From Selaginella moellendorffii (taxonomy: Eukaryota; Plantae; Lycopodiophyta), in NCBI RefSeq assembly GCF_000143415.4, contig NW_003314324.1:633379-697378 (forward strand): a stretch of 64,000 nt of DNA, given 5' to 3'. The first letter of the stretch is position 1; each line of letters starts with the position of its first letter. Made by a program: the position numbers and the translations under genes. A model generated the notes under the pieces. The model worked only from the letters and a program-made list of their open reading frames with translations. It made no database searches and was not told the origin of the DNA. Shown here piece after piece: positions 24,012-36,751 of the stretch.

Positions 24012-27000
24012 GTCTAATTCAGGATTTAGGGCTTGTTAGCCTCAAGAATGGCATCCATGCCGCTTGACTATTGCACTTGGTCCAAGTGCTCCATGTGTCC
24101 AATCCTATTATCGACACTCAAAAGTACCATCGACATATCAACTTGTTATGCTAAGGCTATGCCCAATCACCTTTGCCACACTAGTGGTCCAATACCATCT
24201 GCATCACAGTCATGTCTCTTCAAGACTGGGTGGGGCATCTGTCCATGAGTAGTCATCCCAGATCCACTCTTTAGCATCCTTAGAATGTCTATAGACGTGG
24301 GGAACAACCTTCCCCAATATCCCTTTTTTAGTCCCCACCAAGTCCTTTTTTGTCCATGGCCGTGTTTGCCAACACTGCCACTAGAACAAGGCCTACAGGC
24401 CTGACTTTTAAGTCCTATTGTCCTCTGGAACTTCCTTACTATATGACTGTATCCTTAGTCACTGCACTAGAGGATTGCTCCTCTTCCTTTTCACAGTCTG
24501 GGACTTTGGGACAACATTTTGGGACACCGTGGCTTTACGCAAGCCTAATGGGTACTCTCCCCACCTTCCATTTTTGGGTGCTCTAACTAAGGGCTTAGAG
24601 TGAGGTTCCATTGAGCCACACCAAATATCCAAATAGGTAGTGCCACCCATGATTGGATTGAAAGTATCGACCATTTGATCTCCCAGGGGAACTAGAGTTG
24701 GCTCTTGAACACTTCACTAAGTTACCCCATTTTTTGGTCCATATTCACTCTAGCCTTGGACTTTCTAGAGGTTATACTATCACCCAACACCTGGGTACAG
24801 CCTTCCTGTGCCAAACTGGCCTTTCCTGGCCAAACTGGCTCCACTAGAGTCCTCCCCTTACTATACTTTTGGAGCTCACCAAACCCTCCAAGGTCTGGGA
24901 GACGAACGCTTTAGGCTTTCACCCTCGGACTCGAACTCAGACTCAGACTCGGACTCGGACTCCATCTCGGGTCTTCTTGGACTTCATCTTGGACTCCATC
25001 TCGGACTCCATCTCGGACTCGACCTCAATCCATCTCGGACTCTATCTCGAACTCCATCTCGGGTCCATCTCAAACTCCATCTTAGTCCATCTTGAACTCC
25101 ATCTCGGTCCATCTTGGACTCCATCTTAGACTCCATCTCAGGTCTATCTTGGACTCTATCTCGGACCCATGTGTTGGTCCTCTTGTGTCCTTTTTCTAGA
25201 AACAATTTTATTGCTCGTTTCATGCTCGTTCCTTGAGCATTATGTTGGGAGTTCCACTCCCACTCTTGACCTTTCAAGTCGGAGCTTTTAGTCCAAACGT
25301 GTTATGCTTGTTTGGATTTCACTTCGGCCACTACCTTGTGGCACCCTTTTGGCTCCACTTTGGGGCCTAGGGACTTGTGCCTCACAATTCCACCACCCAT
25401 AGACAAAGTTTGATGTCCTCATCGAACAATAAACCATTTTATAAAGTAATATTAGCATGTATTACCCTTTCCATCCTTGGCACTTAGCTAATATTCATCA
25501 GTCATTTGACACTGAAGGCTCACTATGCCTTATCCATCCTCTAAGGAGTATAGTCTCTCTAACTTAAAGATTTATTCGACCATTTGTGGTGGTTCTCTCC
25601 TTTTATTTGTTTAGTTCTTGCTAGATTTGTTAGAGACACCTTCTCTATCTCAATCCCACTACTCATTCTCAGGTAGTCTCAGTTCCCATTGATATAACCT
25701 TTGCACTTTGGGACTTTTAATTTTGACTTCTTGGAGTCAATTTCCTAGGTATCTCTAACACCTACCATTGCACATTTTATATAACTCTACTTCCCTATCT
25801 TAGGAAGTTCTCTATTTGAGGGCACCATCATCCTTTTTTCTATTTTGTGCCACCTTTGGCACGAAGTTTTAGTTATCATAATTTGTGTTATGGCTGTCCA
25901 TGGCCCTATCATTTGGCTACCTTATTGCTCCTTCCCTTGGAGCTTCCACCTTCGCCAAATCGAAGCATTTTAGGAATCCATCCTTGGAAACACATTGCCT
26001 TCCCACAATCCATTAACATCCAACACATTAGTGTTCTTGGCCTAACTTTGCCATTTGGGTTTTATCCCATGATTCTTATGGCTCTTTCCTTAGTTACTAG
26101 TTTTTTGCTCCTATCTCTTGATTGTTACACCAAGCAACATAAGATCACTACTTCTATCCTTGAGGTATTCTTTCGATTCCATAGCAAAATCTCCACTTTG
26201 CCAAGTCCAAAGGGTGCTCACCCATAGTAAGTCTCTTTAGCATTTTCTGCTATAGGCACCATCCACAGCCCAACTTTGCGACCCTCCTATGGGTCTCTTA
26301 TAAAGATTACTTTCTTTGGATTTACTATGCCATCGCATTGAGTGTTTTTCCCACTTGGTCATCTTGACCAAGCCACACCATTATCATTAGTTCAAATCAA
26401 TATTTTGAACTAAGAACTTTATTCTTTACCCAAACAAGGACCTTATCCTTATTTAACCATAAGATCGCATAGTGATTTCATCTTGGCACCTTAATAGGTT
26501 TGTTAATAGGTACTAAATCTTCCAGGCCTTTAAGTTGTTGACCATGACCACAGGGGCATCCCCCACACTTGGTGGTGCACCCAAACTAGCCCTTGGCCAA
26601 GGGTCCATAGCAATTGAGATTGGATGTCCCCATCTCATTCATCACATCTTTGGTGCCATTTACACCAAAGTGTTTAACTTAAGTATGCCAAGCTTTCACA
26701 CTCAGCAATCTAATTGTGCATCATGACTCTGGGGCATCCCCGGCTTGGCGGTGTGCCCAAGTTAGTCTCTTTACTAAGAGTATATGACCACCGAAAAATG
26801 AATGTTCTCATATTCTAAACTATCATTACGCCCTAGTGAGTTGGGATTTGAACCCAAGCACTAGAGGGTCGAGACTCGAACCCAACCTCCGTATATGCAT
26901 TTACAAATGGCATTATATAGGATGCTTAACATGACTTCCCATGCCAGTGCACCAACTTATACTTAAAGCATACTATAAATCACAATTTGAAAACCTAGTT

Positions 27001-28191
27001 CCTCCGCATTGCCAAGTCCTCTCATTTGACATGTTTGTGATCATGCATGGACTCTTCTATACTTGGCCCCATGGGCTACCCTTTTTGAAGTTAGCACTTT
27101 CAACTAGGGTATTTGTTCCCCTGACTTGTTAATCTTACCTAGTAAGTCATCTAACCACTGTAATATGGTTTATACACAAGTGTGAAAGTCCTTAACCATC
27201 AACTTTCATTCAAACCCTTCTCTTTGAACACTCGGGAACTACTTCCTTAACCTTGATAGCCTTGCCTCATGGCAAGCTTTAAGACCACACTTCTGCTGCG
27301 CCACTTTGATTTCGCACGTTCCTTGAAACATTTACATTTGGCTTTTTAAGTACTAAATTACCTAGAATTATCTTTTGGAACTTTGAAGGAACTTTCTCCC
27401 TTAACTTGCTAAGGCCTCTCCTTTCACAAGCTTTCTAATCGCCATATGGTCTAACATCGACAATTCCATATTTTAGACTTTCTATAGCATCATGGTTGTT
27501 AGTAACAACATGCTCGAACACCCGTTTAATTCTCCACTCCCAACTTGCATAATCATTCTTGGTTATACCCTTTGATTAATATAGTTCGGTTCTATCCATT
27601 TATTACTTGCTTTTGGCCTCACACATTTCTTTCAGTTATTCTCCTCTAGATTAGGAGGATAGCTTTACACTTTCTATCATGCCTTAGTAAGTATTTATAG
27701 GGATAAACCTACCCAATAGCCTAAGGAGTGGTTCTTCAATCTGGGTATGCTCACCTTGTAATCCCATACACCGGGATTAATATTATTACTTATGGGCCTT
27801 TAAATGCCCATCACTAGCTTTGCCAAAATCCCTTTTTGGCTTTGTCCAATTCGGCTAGACAGACTTCTCCCATTTCCGCAACCTTGAACGTTTAGATATC
27901 ACTTCCTATCCATCATTCACTAAGGACTTAGTCCCTTGGGCCTTATCTAATGCCCTCATAACACCAAACACCACTCCTTGGTGTTGTAAAGTGTTTGAGT
28001 GTCCTAATGATGGCCTTCTTTGACAATGAACATTCCCTTTATGACATTAATTTACTATATTGTAACTTAATCAATTTATCCCCCATAAGGGTACATTTAA
28101 TTTCTTTATCCCAATAAGAAGTCTTGGGTAGTTACCTTTTACTAGTTTAATCAATTATTATTTTACACCTTTTGCTTAGTTGCCTCATAAT

Positions 28192-28870
28192 TGTATGCTC
28201 CTGAGTTTGGACTTCCCGGGAGGTCACCCAGCCCAGTACTATTCAAACCCAAGGACGCTTAACTCCAACTATCCCAAGACCCTTAACCAATTGGAAAAGG
28301 GGGTGCACTCTTATTCATGGGCCCTTTCCCTCTATATTTGAACCCCATGGATCGTCTCTCAAGTCGTTCCCTTTGGTTGCTTACAATCCACCACACTTCC
28401 CTGCAAGTTCACGCCCTCGTGAACGGAAGCTGAGAGCCGCAACTCTCCCGAGAGCCTCGCTCTCTTGACACCCTACCCCTCGGGTCGAGCCCAGCGGGAA
28501 CAAACTGGACCAGCTAGATGTCAATCAACATGTGGTGTGATTCCCTTAGCCAACCACCCTACCCCTCGGGTCGAGCCCAGCGGGAACAAACTGGACCAGC
28601 CAGATGTCAATCAACATGTGGTGTGATTCCCTTAGCCAACCAACAGAGTCGGACCCGAGACCGCTCTGATACCAAATGTAAACTCCTGAGTTTGGACTTC
28701 CCGGGAGGTCACCCAGCCCAGTACTATTCAAACCCAAGGACGCTTAACTCCAACTATCCCAAGACCCTTAACCAATTGGAAAAGGGGGTGCACTCTTATT
28801 CATGGGCCCTTTCCCTCTATATTTGAACCCCATGGATCGTCTCTCAAGTCGTTCCCTTTGGTTGCTTACA
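28192..28870 (-). mobile_element. Cassandra TRIM retrotransposon with 5S rRNA-derived LTRs (28192-28385, 28677-28870)
   Basis: Near-identical 194-bp LTRs containing the reverse complement of AGTTAAGCGTCCTTGGGTTTGAATAGTACTGGGCTGGGTGACCTCCCGGGAAGTCC (5S box A/C core), PBS TGGTATCAGAGC (tRNA-iMet), PPT GGGAAGTGTGGTGGAT, TSD ATAAT. Confidence 0.95.
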
Positions 28871-30884
28871 ATAATGGTCAAGTTCTACAACTCATTGCTA
28901 GTGTTTCCATACCTCCATCATTATCTGGGTCACCACACTCTAACCGCATGCCTTCTAGCTTAGGCTATGCCATTCCCATTTCCATTAAAATTCCTTTGGG
29001 GAGGGATTCTCATGAACCTGCCAACTTGATCTCAAGGCATTATGCCTTAGCACATTTGGTGTCTCCACACCATTAGCTCTACAAGCCTACCTTTATGACA
29101 CTTTTTACTTGTGTCTAGGTCTTTGCCAAGACCAATACAGTTGTTTTTTATGCCAACTATCCATTAGTATGTACCATAGAGTTTACACACAACTTTGTGC
29201 TAAAGTTGTTTTCTTCTGGGAACACATTTCCTATGACTTCAGTATGGCACCTTTTGCCATCAATGAGACACCCACTGTTCTCATACTTGGATTTTATGAT
29301 CCTCCCCATCCTTTATGGAGCACAACACACATCAGTTCAAATGCTTCTACTAGTCCCTTAGGACTATTCCTTGACTCTACTTGAGTCATTTAGCTTTTTG
29401 AAATTTGTTAATCCGATGACCCATAAAGTCCCGCTTTTGAAGTGTTAGCTTACTAAAATACAACCTATTGTATTCATATCTTACTCATAAGGACCATTTT
29501 TGCAAGTATTACTCTAATACTTGATTATTTTCCGTTTCTTATGAGCTACCTTTGCCCCCTAGGACTATCTGTTCATATGATGAGAATACCAACTCATCCT
29601 CTAAGCACACCCCTAACTCCTTGAGTTTTTTCCAGCATTTATAAAATGTAGCCTCCATTACCATTTCAAGGAATTATATTCTTATCCGTATTTGACCTCC
29701 CACGGTCATTAATTCTAGTCTCAAATTCATAAGCACCAACCTCAACTATATAAGGGTAGTCTTGTGACTCTTTTATTGTTTTGAAGTCTCTATCTTCCCT
29801 GTGATCCCAACTATAGTTGTTTACCACAACTATCTTAGCTAATTTGCTAAGTCAAATGCTCATTTAGATCATGTCCTCAACTCTCTGAGGAAACCTTTAT
29901 ACTATTCCCAAGATCCTAAAGTCGTTCCATTATTAGCCCTTTTCTATCAACCATTTCGCCTACAAGTTCACACATGAACTATAGTGGAGAGCCATGTCTT
30001 CCCAACTTGCTACTCCTCAAGGATAGGCCCACTCTTAAGACCTTCCGATACTAACACTAGTGGTGTACCAAATTATAAATGACTAATTTTTTCATTCTAC
30101 TTTAGTCACTTAACCACACCTCTAACCATTGGGAGGATATTCACAACCTTTAATTTAAGACTTGGGGCTTGTTAGTCTCAAGAGTGGCATCCATGCCGCT
30201 CAACCATTGCATTTGGTCCAAGTGCTCCACGTGTCTAATCCCATGATCGACACTCAAAGGTATCACTAACACATCAGCTTGTTACGTTAAGGCCATACCC
30301 AATCACCTTTGCCACACTAGTGGTCCAATACCATCTACATCACAGTCTTGTCTTTTGAAGACTGGGCCATTCGTCCATGAGTGGTCATCCCAGATCCACT
30401 CTTTAGCATCCTTAGAATGTCCATCCTAGATCCACTCTTTAGCATCCTTAGGATGTCCGCAGACATGGGGAACAACCTTCCCCAATATCCTTTTTTCAGT
30501 CCCTACCAAGTCCCTTTCTATCCATGGCCGTGTTTGCCAACACTACCACTGGAACAAGGCTCGTAGGCCCAACCTCTAAGTCCCACTATCTTCTGGGACT
30601 TCCTCACCATGTGACTATAGTGCACTAGAGGATTGCTCCTCTTTCCTTTGCACAGTTTGGGACTTTGGGTCAACATTTCAGGACATCGTGGCCTTATGCT
30701 AGCTTGATGGGTACTCTCCCCACCTTCTGTCTTTAGGTGCTCAAGGAAGGGGCTTAGAGTGAGGTTCCATTGAGCCACACCAAGTAGGTAGTGCCACCCA
30801 TACTTGGACTAGGAGCATCGATAGGTAGTGCCACCCATACTTGGACTAAGAGCATCTAGTATTCGATCTCCCGGGGGAACTAAA

Positions 30885-31499
30885 TGTAAGCTCTTGAGTT
30901 TGGACTTTCTGGGAGGTCACCCAACCCAGTACTATTCAAACCCAAGGACACTTAACCCCAAGTATCCCAAAACCCTTAACCGATTGGAAAAGGGGGTGAC
31001 CTCTTATTTATGGGCCCTTTCCCTCTATATTTGAACCTCATGAGCTGTCTCTCGAGTCGTTCTCTTTGATTGCTTACAATTTACCATGCTTCCCTACAAG
31101 TTCACACCCTCGTGAACGAAAGCTAAAAGCTGTAGCTCTCCTGAGAGCCCCACTCTCTTGACACCCTACTCCTCAGGTCGAGCCCAGTAGGAGCAAACTG
31201 GACCAGCCAGATGTTAATCAACATGTGGTGTGATTCGCCTAAGCCAACTAACAGAGTCGGAGCCAACTAATAGAGTCGGACTCGAGACCCCTCTAATACC
31301 AAATGTAAGCTCCTAAGTTTGGACTTCTCAGAAGGTTATATCCAACCCAGTAGTATTCAAACCCAAGGACGCTTAACCTCAAGTATCCCAAGACCATTAA
31401 CCAATTGGAAAAAGGGGTGCACTCTTATTCATGGGCCCTTTCCCTCTATATTTAAACCCCATGGACCATCTCTTGAGTCGTTCCTTTTGGTTGCTTACA
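30885..31499 (-). mobile_element. Second, older Cassandra TRIM (LTRs 30885-31078, 31304-31499) inside the 5' LTR of the host element
   Basis: Same 5S-derived LTRs but more diverged, TSD CTAAA. The empty site is visible in the sister LTR at about 24690 (GGGGAACTAGAGTTGG). Confidence 0.93.
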
Positions 31500-32412
31500 C
31501 TAAAGTTGGCTTTTGAACAGTTCACCAAGCTACCTCGTTTGTCAGTCCGTATTCACTCTAACCTTGGACTTTCTAGCGGTTATACCATTGCCCAACACTT
31601 GGGTATAGCCTTCTTGGGCCAAACTGGCCTTTCCTGGCCAAACTAGCTCCATTGGAGTCCTACCCCTACTATACTTTTGGAGCTCACCAAACCCCCTAGG
31701 GTCTGGGAGATGAACACTTTGGGCTTTCACCCTCGGACTTGGACTAGGATTGGGACTCAAACTCAGACTCACGCTCAGACTTGGACTCAGACTCGGTCTT
31801 AGTCTCGGTCTTAGTCTTGGCCTCAGCCTCGGTCTCGGTCTTGGTCCCGGTCTCAGTCTTGACCTTGGACTCCATCTCGGGTCCTTCTCGGACTCCATCT
31901 TGGACTCCATCTCGAACTCGACCTCAGTCCATCTTGAACTCCATCTCGAACTCCATCTTGGGTCCATCTCGGACTCCATCTTGGGTCCATCTCAGACTCC
32001 ATCTCGGTACATTTCGAACTCCATCTCTGACTCCATCTCAAACTCCATCTCGGGTCCATCTTGGACTCCATCTCAGACTCCATCTTGGGTCCATCTTGGG
32101 TCTATCTCGGACTCCATCTTGGTCCATCTCAGACTCCATCTTGGGTCCATCTTGGACTCCATTTTAGGTCTATCTTGGACTCTATCTCGGGCCTATATGT
32201 TGGTCCTTTTGTGTCCCTTTTCTAGAAACTCTCTTATTGCTCGCTTCATGTTCGTTCCTTGAGCATTTCATTAGGAGTTCTACTCCCGCTCTTGACCTTT
32301 CAAATCAGAGCTTTTAGTCCAAACGTATTACACTCATTTGCCTTTCACTTCGGCCACAACCTTGTGGCACCCTTTTGGCTGTACTTTGGGGCTTAGGGAC
32401 TTGTGTTTCACA

Positions 32413-33240
32413 ATATGCATCAAAAGATGGAGTTTACATTGATGACATTTATTTTATATGATTGTTGAACCATGTTATTAGAAAAATTACTTTCAAAGTT
32501 TCAACAGTCACATTTGATTTTCTTTATGTCACTGAAAAAATTACTTTTAAGTTTCAATAGCTGCATTTGATTTCCTTTGTGACTTGCTAAAAAATAATCT
32601 CAATACAAATGGTCTTTATAAAATTTTCAGGTAAAAAAACCTTTATAGTGAAATAAGTGGTTATCTCTTTACGGCATAAGGGATATATACCCTACACTGT
32701 CAGATAAAAGAATTGATAATAATGTCTAATGAATTATATGTGAAGGATGGGAGTGAGAGAGAAGAGCTTATAATAATTTAATAGTGATGGAGGTATATAA
32801 ACTTGTTGTTTAATATATTATCTAAGATTAAGAAAGGTTACACTCTTGTATACCTTTAAGTATTTTTTATGCCACTTTTACTGTCATCAACAACATATTT
32901 TAGATATGGTTATTCAATGATGTTTGAGTGGATTTCTAGTTGGGGAGATTCTATTTAAAATCATGATGGACAAGTCTATTAGAGATATATACATCAGGAA
33001 GTGGAGTTTGCATTTATGACATTTATTCTACACTTATATTGAGGGTTGTTGAACCATGTCATTGGAAAAATTATTTTCAAATTTCACAAGTCATATTCAA
33101 ATTTTTTTTTGACTTATTGGAAGATAATCTCAACAAAAATCCTCTATAAAGTCTTTACAATATTTCACATAGTATGGTGTATTAAGTGGCCTTCTTTTTA
33201 TAGCAGTTAATTATAAGGGATATATAGATTACACTTTTAG
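32413..33240. repeat. AT-rich tandem duplication (unit 1 = 22520-22756 + 32413-32700, split by the LTR element; unit 2 = about 32735-33235)
   Basis: Matching blocks e.g. GGAGTGAG..AGAA..CTTATAATAATTT and AGAGATATAT.CATCA..A.G.TGGAGTTT.CATT.ATGACATTTATT. Confidence 0.7.
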
Positions 33241-35499
33241 AAAATTTTAGATACCACTACTCAATTTACATTAAGGTATGAAAAAATTATAAAAGCATAA
33301 GGAAAAGTATAGGAGCATATATTATAGGTGACAAAAAGGGTAAAAGTTTTAGGTAGTGAAATATAATTTTCTTAATTGTGTTAGAGTTTTTAATTGCACA
33401 TACACTGACATTAAACTTCTAAGTAGTTTTGATGGACAAGAGTGAAGAAATTATAAATGACAGTTTAACATGAAAATATAGGCTATTATTGATAATTAAG
33501 CTTGTTTTTTAGACTTCAAGAGCTAAATATCCTAATTTTGTAATTGATCAAATGGTTTAGACCACATTCTTATAATGAGAGTATTAATGGTCTTTTTTAC
33601 GAAACAAGTTTGGGGGACATTTTCCAAGTAGTTAATATCAAATGGTGACTACAATGCTACTATAGGAATGCTCACTTTGTTTCAAAAACAATTTGTTATA
33701 GTTAACTACTTCAACTACAACTACAAAAATTGCAATTGAGCAAATATTTGGTTAACTATAAATGTAATGGAAGTATGTGAATAAGAAAATTTATTATGGT
33801 GATCTTTATAAACTATGATATTCAAGAAAGTAATGTTTCTAAAAGTACTTTTAGATCTAGATTTGGGAAGATTATGATGAATTATATTTTAAGTTTGCAC
33901 AAATAAGGAATTTTCGTAATCCATAATTGCTCTTTAACATCCTAAAAACTACTGCTCAAACATTCTTATGTATACTATGATTTGGACCTTAAAGTGTCAA
34001 TTATTATTTAGTACTTCACTATAGATTGCTCATGAAGATTTTCTATAAATTTCATTTGCACTTCCTAAGTATTTCCCATCATCTTTACCATCCCTTCTTT
34101 TAACACCTTTTACCTCTTAAGTTTGGTTTCTAGAGTGTTGTCCCTTACTATTTTTGAAGTTAACTTTGGCTCTTAAAGTGGATCTAAATAAATAATAAAT
34201 ATTTATAAGTCATTTTGCAAGTACAAATGGCATTCCTTTAGGTTATAAGGGTTTAATTAGCTATAAACACTTAAGTGGTTGTGTAGATTGAGTGGATGGT
34301 GTATTATGCAATAAATCTCTATTCAAATATGTTGCAAACAAGGCCACTTGGATTTGCAATTAAAGATGTTAAACCATATTGTAGAACTCTAGAAAGTCAC
34401 AATGCAATTTTCAAAAAATACATTTTTCACTTGATATATTTCAATAGCTTGATTGCCCATTTAAAATGTTAAGCTCCTAATGCCAAAAAATTATATAAGC
34501 ATTTATCTCCCTTTTTTTTTGTGAAGAAAGTTGCAATAGTACTTCTTCTAATGACAGTAATGTTAAATCATTTTTTACTTATTGTCTTTCCTTATTAAAT
34601 TTTTCTATATATCCTTTTTATACTTTGTAGTGTCAAAGTGCTTAATGTAATTGAAGGTGATTATTTTTTAGATTTGAACTCACCATAGCATTCTTAAGAC
34701 ATTGCCTTGAGAAAAAGATGAGAATTTTAAATTGAAAATGATGTTAATGATGTTAATTTTTCCTAGAAATCACAATACCTTGGTTATTCTCTTGAAACTT
34801 AGGTATTATAACTATTACTAAATTAAGAATCCAACTTTAAAACACTCACTTCCAAGTATATGGCTACAATACTATATACTAATATTAGCCTAGTGGGATT
34901 TTTGTAGCCGTTAGATTAGTTTCAATCCGAACCACTCACTCCTGTATATAAGCTAGGGTTTTTGGGCTAATTGATATGCACATTTTCTATATTCCCTTTC
35001 CATATTCCATACACACACATTGGTGAAGGTGAGGGGCACTTTTGATTATCCTTAAGGAGTGCTTGAATTTGGGATTTTGGTTTAGATTTAACTTTTGCAT
35101 TGTCTAGATTTAGCTTTTTCCACTTTCTTTCTTTTGTCCTTTCCTTTCAGGATTTTGGTTTAAATCTAGCTTTTTACATTATCTAAATTTCCCTTTCCTT
35201 AGAGCTTTTTATCATTTGTCTTCTTTTACTCTTTCCTTTTTGTTTATCTTCATGGTAGATTAGCAATTTCCTCCTTTGGCTTTGGAGCAGTAGTTGGTAC
35301 AATTGCTTGATGTTATATGCTTGCAATTAAACAACAAAACTCAGTTGATGGTGGTGTTCACAGTACGTGGTACAACTCCTTTTGCTCTTGGTGCTAATCC
35401 TCATGTTCGGCTGGATGGAGTTCTTTTACGGGAATCCTTGGGATGATATATACTATTGGTTCATGGTGATTGCTATATATCATTCTAATAATGGTTTGA

Positions 35500-36720
35500 G
35501 TGTAGCTACTCATGGGGAGTGTAAACCAAGCTGAAAAGTTGAGCTCGCGAGTTGAGCTCAATTTTCAATTGCGGTTTAATACAAATATTATAGATTTTAA
35601 AAAATTAAGGTTATAGAAAACCTAACTTTATACTATATTTTCATAACTCTCTACATTTTATATGGATAAAACTATTTTAGAGGAGGCTTCTTATCCAAGA
35701 ATTTAAATATTTACTATAAGTTATTTAATTTAAGTTTGCCAAAACATAAAATAAAATGGTTCTAATATTGGTAGTTTCAACTCTTGACATCTTTCTTCTC
35801 AGAGTAGTAATTCAGGGACTAAGAGCTACAATATTCATCCCATTACATAACACATCCAGATCATATAAAAGATAGAAAAAGAAGATAATGAAAATAATGA
35901 TCATATATTAGAGATAAAGGAAATGATAAATGGTGCAACAATTTAGGTGAAAAAAATGCCCTCCTATTTGTTTTAAAAAATTCAATTCTGTGATTTTCAA
36001 GAAATGCCCCATCTGTTTTATAACTTTTGGTGGAAACAGTGGCAACAATCAATACAATAGCATATACACTTTTGTAACATATTGCAATATCATGGCCTCA
36101 AACTACTATGAAATATGTTTTGAGATGGTAAAGTAAAAAACAGAGACACATTAGTATTACAGATAGTATTGTAAAAAGAAAACTTAGAAGTATATGAAAT
36201 AAAATGAATATTTTATTAATAATTATATAAAGTATAAAAAGTGTATCTTACTGATAGAGAATAAATATCGATAGTATTATTAGCTTCAAAAGTCTTATAA
36301 CTTAGCAGTAGTAAATCATGCTTAGTGTATATAAATGTCTACTTTAGGATCTTAGTGTAAAGTGTTGATGAAAATGTAATACATATATGCTTCCTATGCC
36401 TTCCTATGTTTTTTATGCTTAGTAAAGTTTGGTTATGTGCAAGGAAAGTATTGAATAACAATTATATACTCTCCATTTTCTATTTTGACAATGTGCAATA
36501 TCTTGGAGAAAAATGGTACTCAATATCAAGCCTGTGAGAGCTTTTTGCTCCAAGATTTATACCAATATCTTCACCAATAAAGAAAAAATAACACTCTGAG
36601 TGAACAATTTTTATATCACTAATAGAACTTTGGGAATTGTATTCTATAGATGTGCTATGAATCACTTTCTCAACTATAGTTGCCAGTTTTTGAGCTGGTG
36701 AAGTCACCTTCCTCTTTATC
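35500..36720 (+). pseudogene. Degenerate paralogue of the 41.2-42.6 kb Zn-finger segment
   Basis: Shared blocks GAGTTGAGCT.AATTTTCAATTG, AAAAATGCCCTC.TA.TTGTTTTA and TTCAA.AA.TGCCCCAT.TGTTTT, with frameshifts. Confidence 0.7.
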
Positions 36721-36751
36721 CTATTGTGTAACATCTTAATAAAAAGCCTTG

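Larger units (their letters stand above)
22757..32412 (-). mobile_element. Full-length non-coding/decayed LTR retroelement (LARD-like Gypsy derivative), 3' LTR 22757-25386, 5' LTR 30074-32412
   Basis: TG...CA termini, 5-bp TSD ATATG (22752-22756, 32413-32417), PPT GGGTGGTGGAAT on the minus strand next to 25386, TGGTA PBS remnant at 30066-30070. No long ORF in the internal region. Confidence 0.88.

Noticed and set aside
28209-28265. Functional 5S rRNA genes (also near 28694, 30902, 31321)
   Set aside because: Only the central ~55-70 nt of 5S is present and it lies inside Cassandra LTRs.
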